NCBI RefSeq assembly: GCF_036365525.1
Contig: NC_090404.1
Location: 6,448,001-6,512,000 of the forward strand
Source of the DNA: Heterodontus francisci
Lineage: Eukaryota
DNA length: 64,000 nucleotides
Reading direction: 5' to 3'
Below the pieces are notes generated by a model. It was not told the origin of the DNA, did not search any database, and saw only the letters and a list, made by a program, of their open reading frames with translations. Position numbers and translations under genes: made by a program. Of the stretch, positions 61,705 to 64,000 are shown in pieces. How positions within the stretch are numbered: the first letter of the stretch is position 1; each line of letters begins with the position of its first letter.

Positions 61705-63145
61705 GAACATAGAATATTTATGACAACAGACTGAATGGCCTCCTTCTGTATGTACATGCTGGTCAAAAAAGAGCTGTACTGCCTAATCCCACTTTCCAGC
61801 TCTTGTTCTGTAGCACTGTAGGTTACAGTACTTCGAGTGCACTGCCAGGTTTTTTTAATGGGATGACAGTTTCTACTTCTGCCACCCTTTCAAGCTGTGA
61901 GTTCCAGACCCCCCCCATCACCCTCTAAGTGAAAATAATTCTCCCAGATCCCCTCTAATCCTTCTGCTCGTTACTTTAAATCGATGTCCCCTGACGATTA
62001 ACCTCTCTGCTAAGGGAAAAATAGATCCTTCCTCTCCACTTGATCTAGGCCCCTCATAATTCTATATATCTCAATTAAATCTCCCTCGCTCTCCTGCTGC
62101 AAAGAAAACAACCCCAGCCAATCCAATCTTTCCCTGCAGCTGAAATTCTCTATTTCTGGTACATTTTCGTAAATCTCCTCTCTGCAATCATATCCTTCCT
62201 GTAATATGATCAGAACTGTATGCAGTTCTCCATCTGCAGTCTAACTAGTGTTTTATATAGTTCTAGCATGACCTCCCTGCTGTTATATTCTGTGCCTTGG
62301 CTAATAGAGGAAAGTATTCCGTATACATATGCCGCCTTAACCACCTTATTGAGCTACCCTGCTATCTTCAGGGATCTGTAGACATGCACTCCAAGGTCCC
62401 TCTGTTCCTCTACATTTTACAGAATTCTACCATTCACTGTGCATTCCCTTGCTTTGTTTGTCCTCTACAAATGCATTACCTCACACTTCTTGGTATTGAA
62501 TTCCATTTGCCACTTTATGCCCCCCTGACCAGTCCATTGATATCTTCCTGCAGTCTACAGCTTTCTTCCACATTGTCAGCCATACTGCCATTTATTGTAT
62601 CAACAACCTTCTTAATCATGCCCTCTATATTTAAATCTAAATCAATGATATATACCACAAAAAGCAAGGGACCAAGTACTGAGCCCTGCTAAACTCCACT
62701 GGAAATAGCCTTCCGGTCACAAGACCCCCATCGACTATTATAATTTGCTTCCTTGCACTGAGCCAATTTTGGATCTGTTACTTTTCTGACCAGTCTGCAT
62801 GTGGGATTTGTAAATGTGGAGAGAATGTTTCCACTTGTGGGACAATCCAAAAACAGGGGCCATAAATACAAGATAGTTACTAATAAATCCAACAGGGAAA
62901 TAAGGGGAAATGTTTATACTCAGTGAAACTCACTACAGCAGCAAGTGCTTGTGGCAAAAAAGCTGAGATACTTTCAAAAGGAAACTAGACGAGTACATGA
63001 GAGCAAAGGGAATAGAACGATATGCTGAAGGGATGAGATGGGATAGATGGAATGGAAATAGAAACACCAGCACAGGCTAGTTGGACCGAATGGCTAGTTG
63101 GACCGAAGGGCCTGTTGTCTGCTGTATGTTCTATATAATTCTGTG
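61705..63145. mobile_element. CR1 fragments (minus 61705-62800, plus 62810-63145)
   Basis: RT motif GSVLGPLLF on the minus strand; 3' tail on the plus strand. Confidence 0.7.
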
Positions 63146-63526
63146 TGAACTCCTTTTACAGGGTTTTACAAGGGGAGGATTTGCAGATGGGAAGCTCAAA
63201 TCAAAAACCGCATCAGGATCTGACACGCACTCATTTAATCAGGACCTGAATATCATCGGCCTTTGGATGTGGAAAGAGGAATGTTTGTCTGTTCTGTCTG
63301 GGAAAAGATTTCAAACATCAATGTGACTGGAAAAGCACCGAGACACACAGATCCGAATGAGCGTGCTCCAGTGCGTTGACTGTGGATAGAGCTTTAACCA
63401 GTTACACAGACAGAAAACAAATATTGCTCCATTCACAGCGGGGAGAAACTGTACGCGGGTTGTGTGCGTGTGGTCGAGGCATTCAATTGATCATCCAACC
63501 TAGAGAGACATTAGGACACCCGCACT

Positions 63527-64000
63527 ATGGAGAAACCTTGGAAATGCATGGACTGTGGGAAGGGATTCAGTTACCCATCAGAGCTGGAAATTCATCGGCG
63601 CAGTCACACTGGGGAGAGGCCGTTCACCTGCTTCGCGTGTGGGAAGGAATTTGCACAGTTATCCACCCTGCTGACACACCAGCGTGTTCACACTGATAGG
63701 AGACCCTTTAAATGTTCGGCATGTGAGAAGAGTTTCAAAAGCAGAAGGGAAGTCCTGAAACACCAACACACTCACACTGGGGAGAGGCCCTTCCTCTGCT
63801 CTGTGTGTGGGAAAGGATTCCCTAGGTCATCCAACCTACAGAAACACCAGATAGTTCACACTGGGGAGAGGCCATTCACCTGCTCCATCTGTGGGAAGGG
63901 ATTCACTCAGTCATCACACCTGCTAACACACCAGCGTATTCACACTGGGGAGCGGCCATTCTCATGCTCTGTGTGTGAGAAGGGATTCACCCAAAAATCC
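63527..64000 (+). CDS. C2H2 zinc-finger protein (partial, runs off the window; absent from the ORF track)
   Basis: My translation: [40 protein letters not shown]...[12 protein letters not shown], five complete fingers plus the start of a sixth, no stop; acceptor AG 63160-63161. Confidence 0.85.
   Translation, partial: MEKPWKCMDCGKGFSYPSELEIHRRSHTGERPFTCFACGKEFAQLSTLLTHQRVHTDRRPFKCSACEKSFKSRREVLKHQHTHTGERPFLCSVCGKGFPRSSNLQKHQIVHTGERPFTCSICGKGFTQSSHLLTHQRIHTGERPFSCSVCEKGFTQKS

Noticed and set aside
1793-62892. Numerous RT/endonuclease ORFs as host genes
   Set aside because: Broken fragments of CR1/L2/RTE LINEs

Overview
This is eukaryotic, repeat-rich vertebrate DNA, almost certainly from a cartilaginous fish. 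That inference rests on HE1/V-SINE-like and Deu-domain SINEs, CR1 LINEs with short tandem 3' tails, and MEKPWKC-type zinc-finger genes. The first 8.2 kb hold antigen-receptor V segments: a strong CTCF-like site, a V pseudogene (801-1078), and a leader-intron-V T-cell receptor alpha/delta-like segment with a 23-RSS (7619-8101). Unexpectedly, this segment has a second, J-polarity 23-RSS directly in front of its leader exon. The rest is a cluster of effector-less C2H2 zinc-finger genes: one intact 13-finger gene, one open to the window end, two pseudogenes and fragments. These are built from a repeated promoter/acceptor/3'UTR module and sit among nested CR1, L2, RTE, Penelope-like, SINE, LTR and hAT-like debris. 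One apparently intact Tx1-clade L1 retrotransposon (two open ORFs, 16-bp TSD) and a near-identical truncated sibling are also present. Repeat boundaries are approximate and family names come from motif recognition, not database searches.
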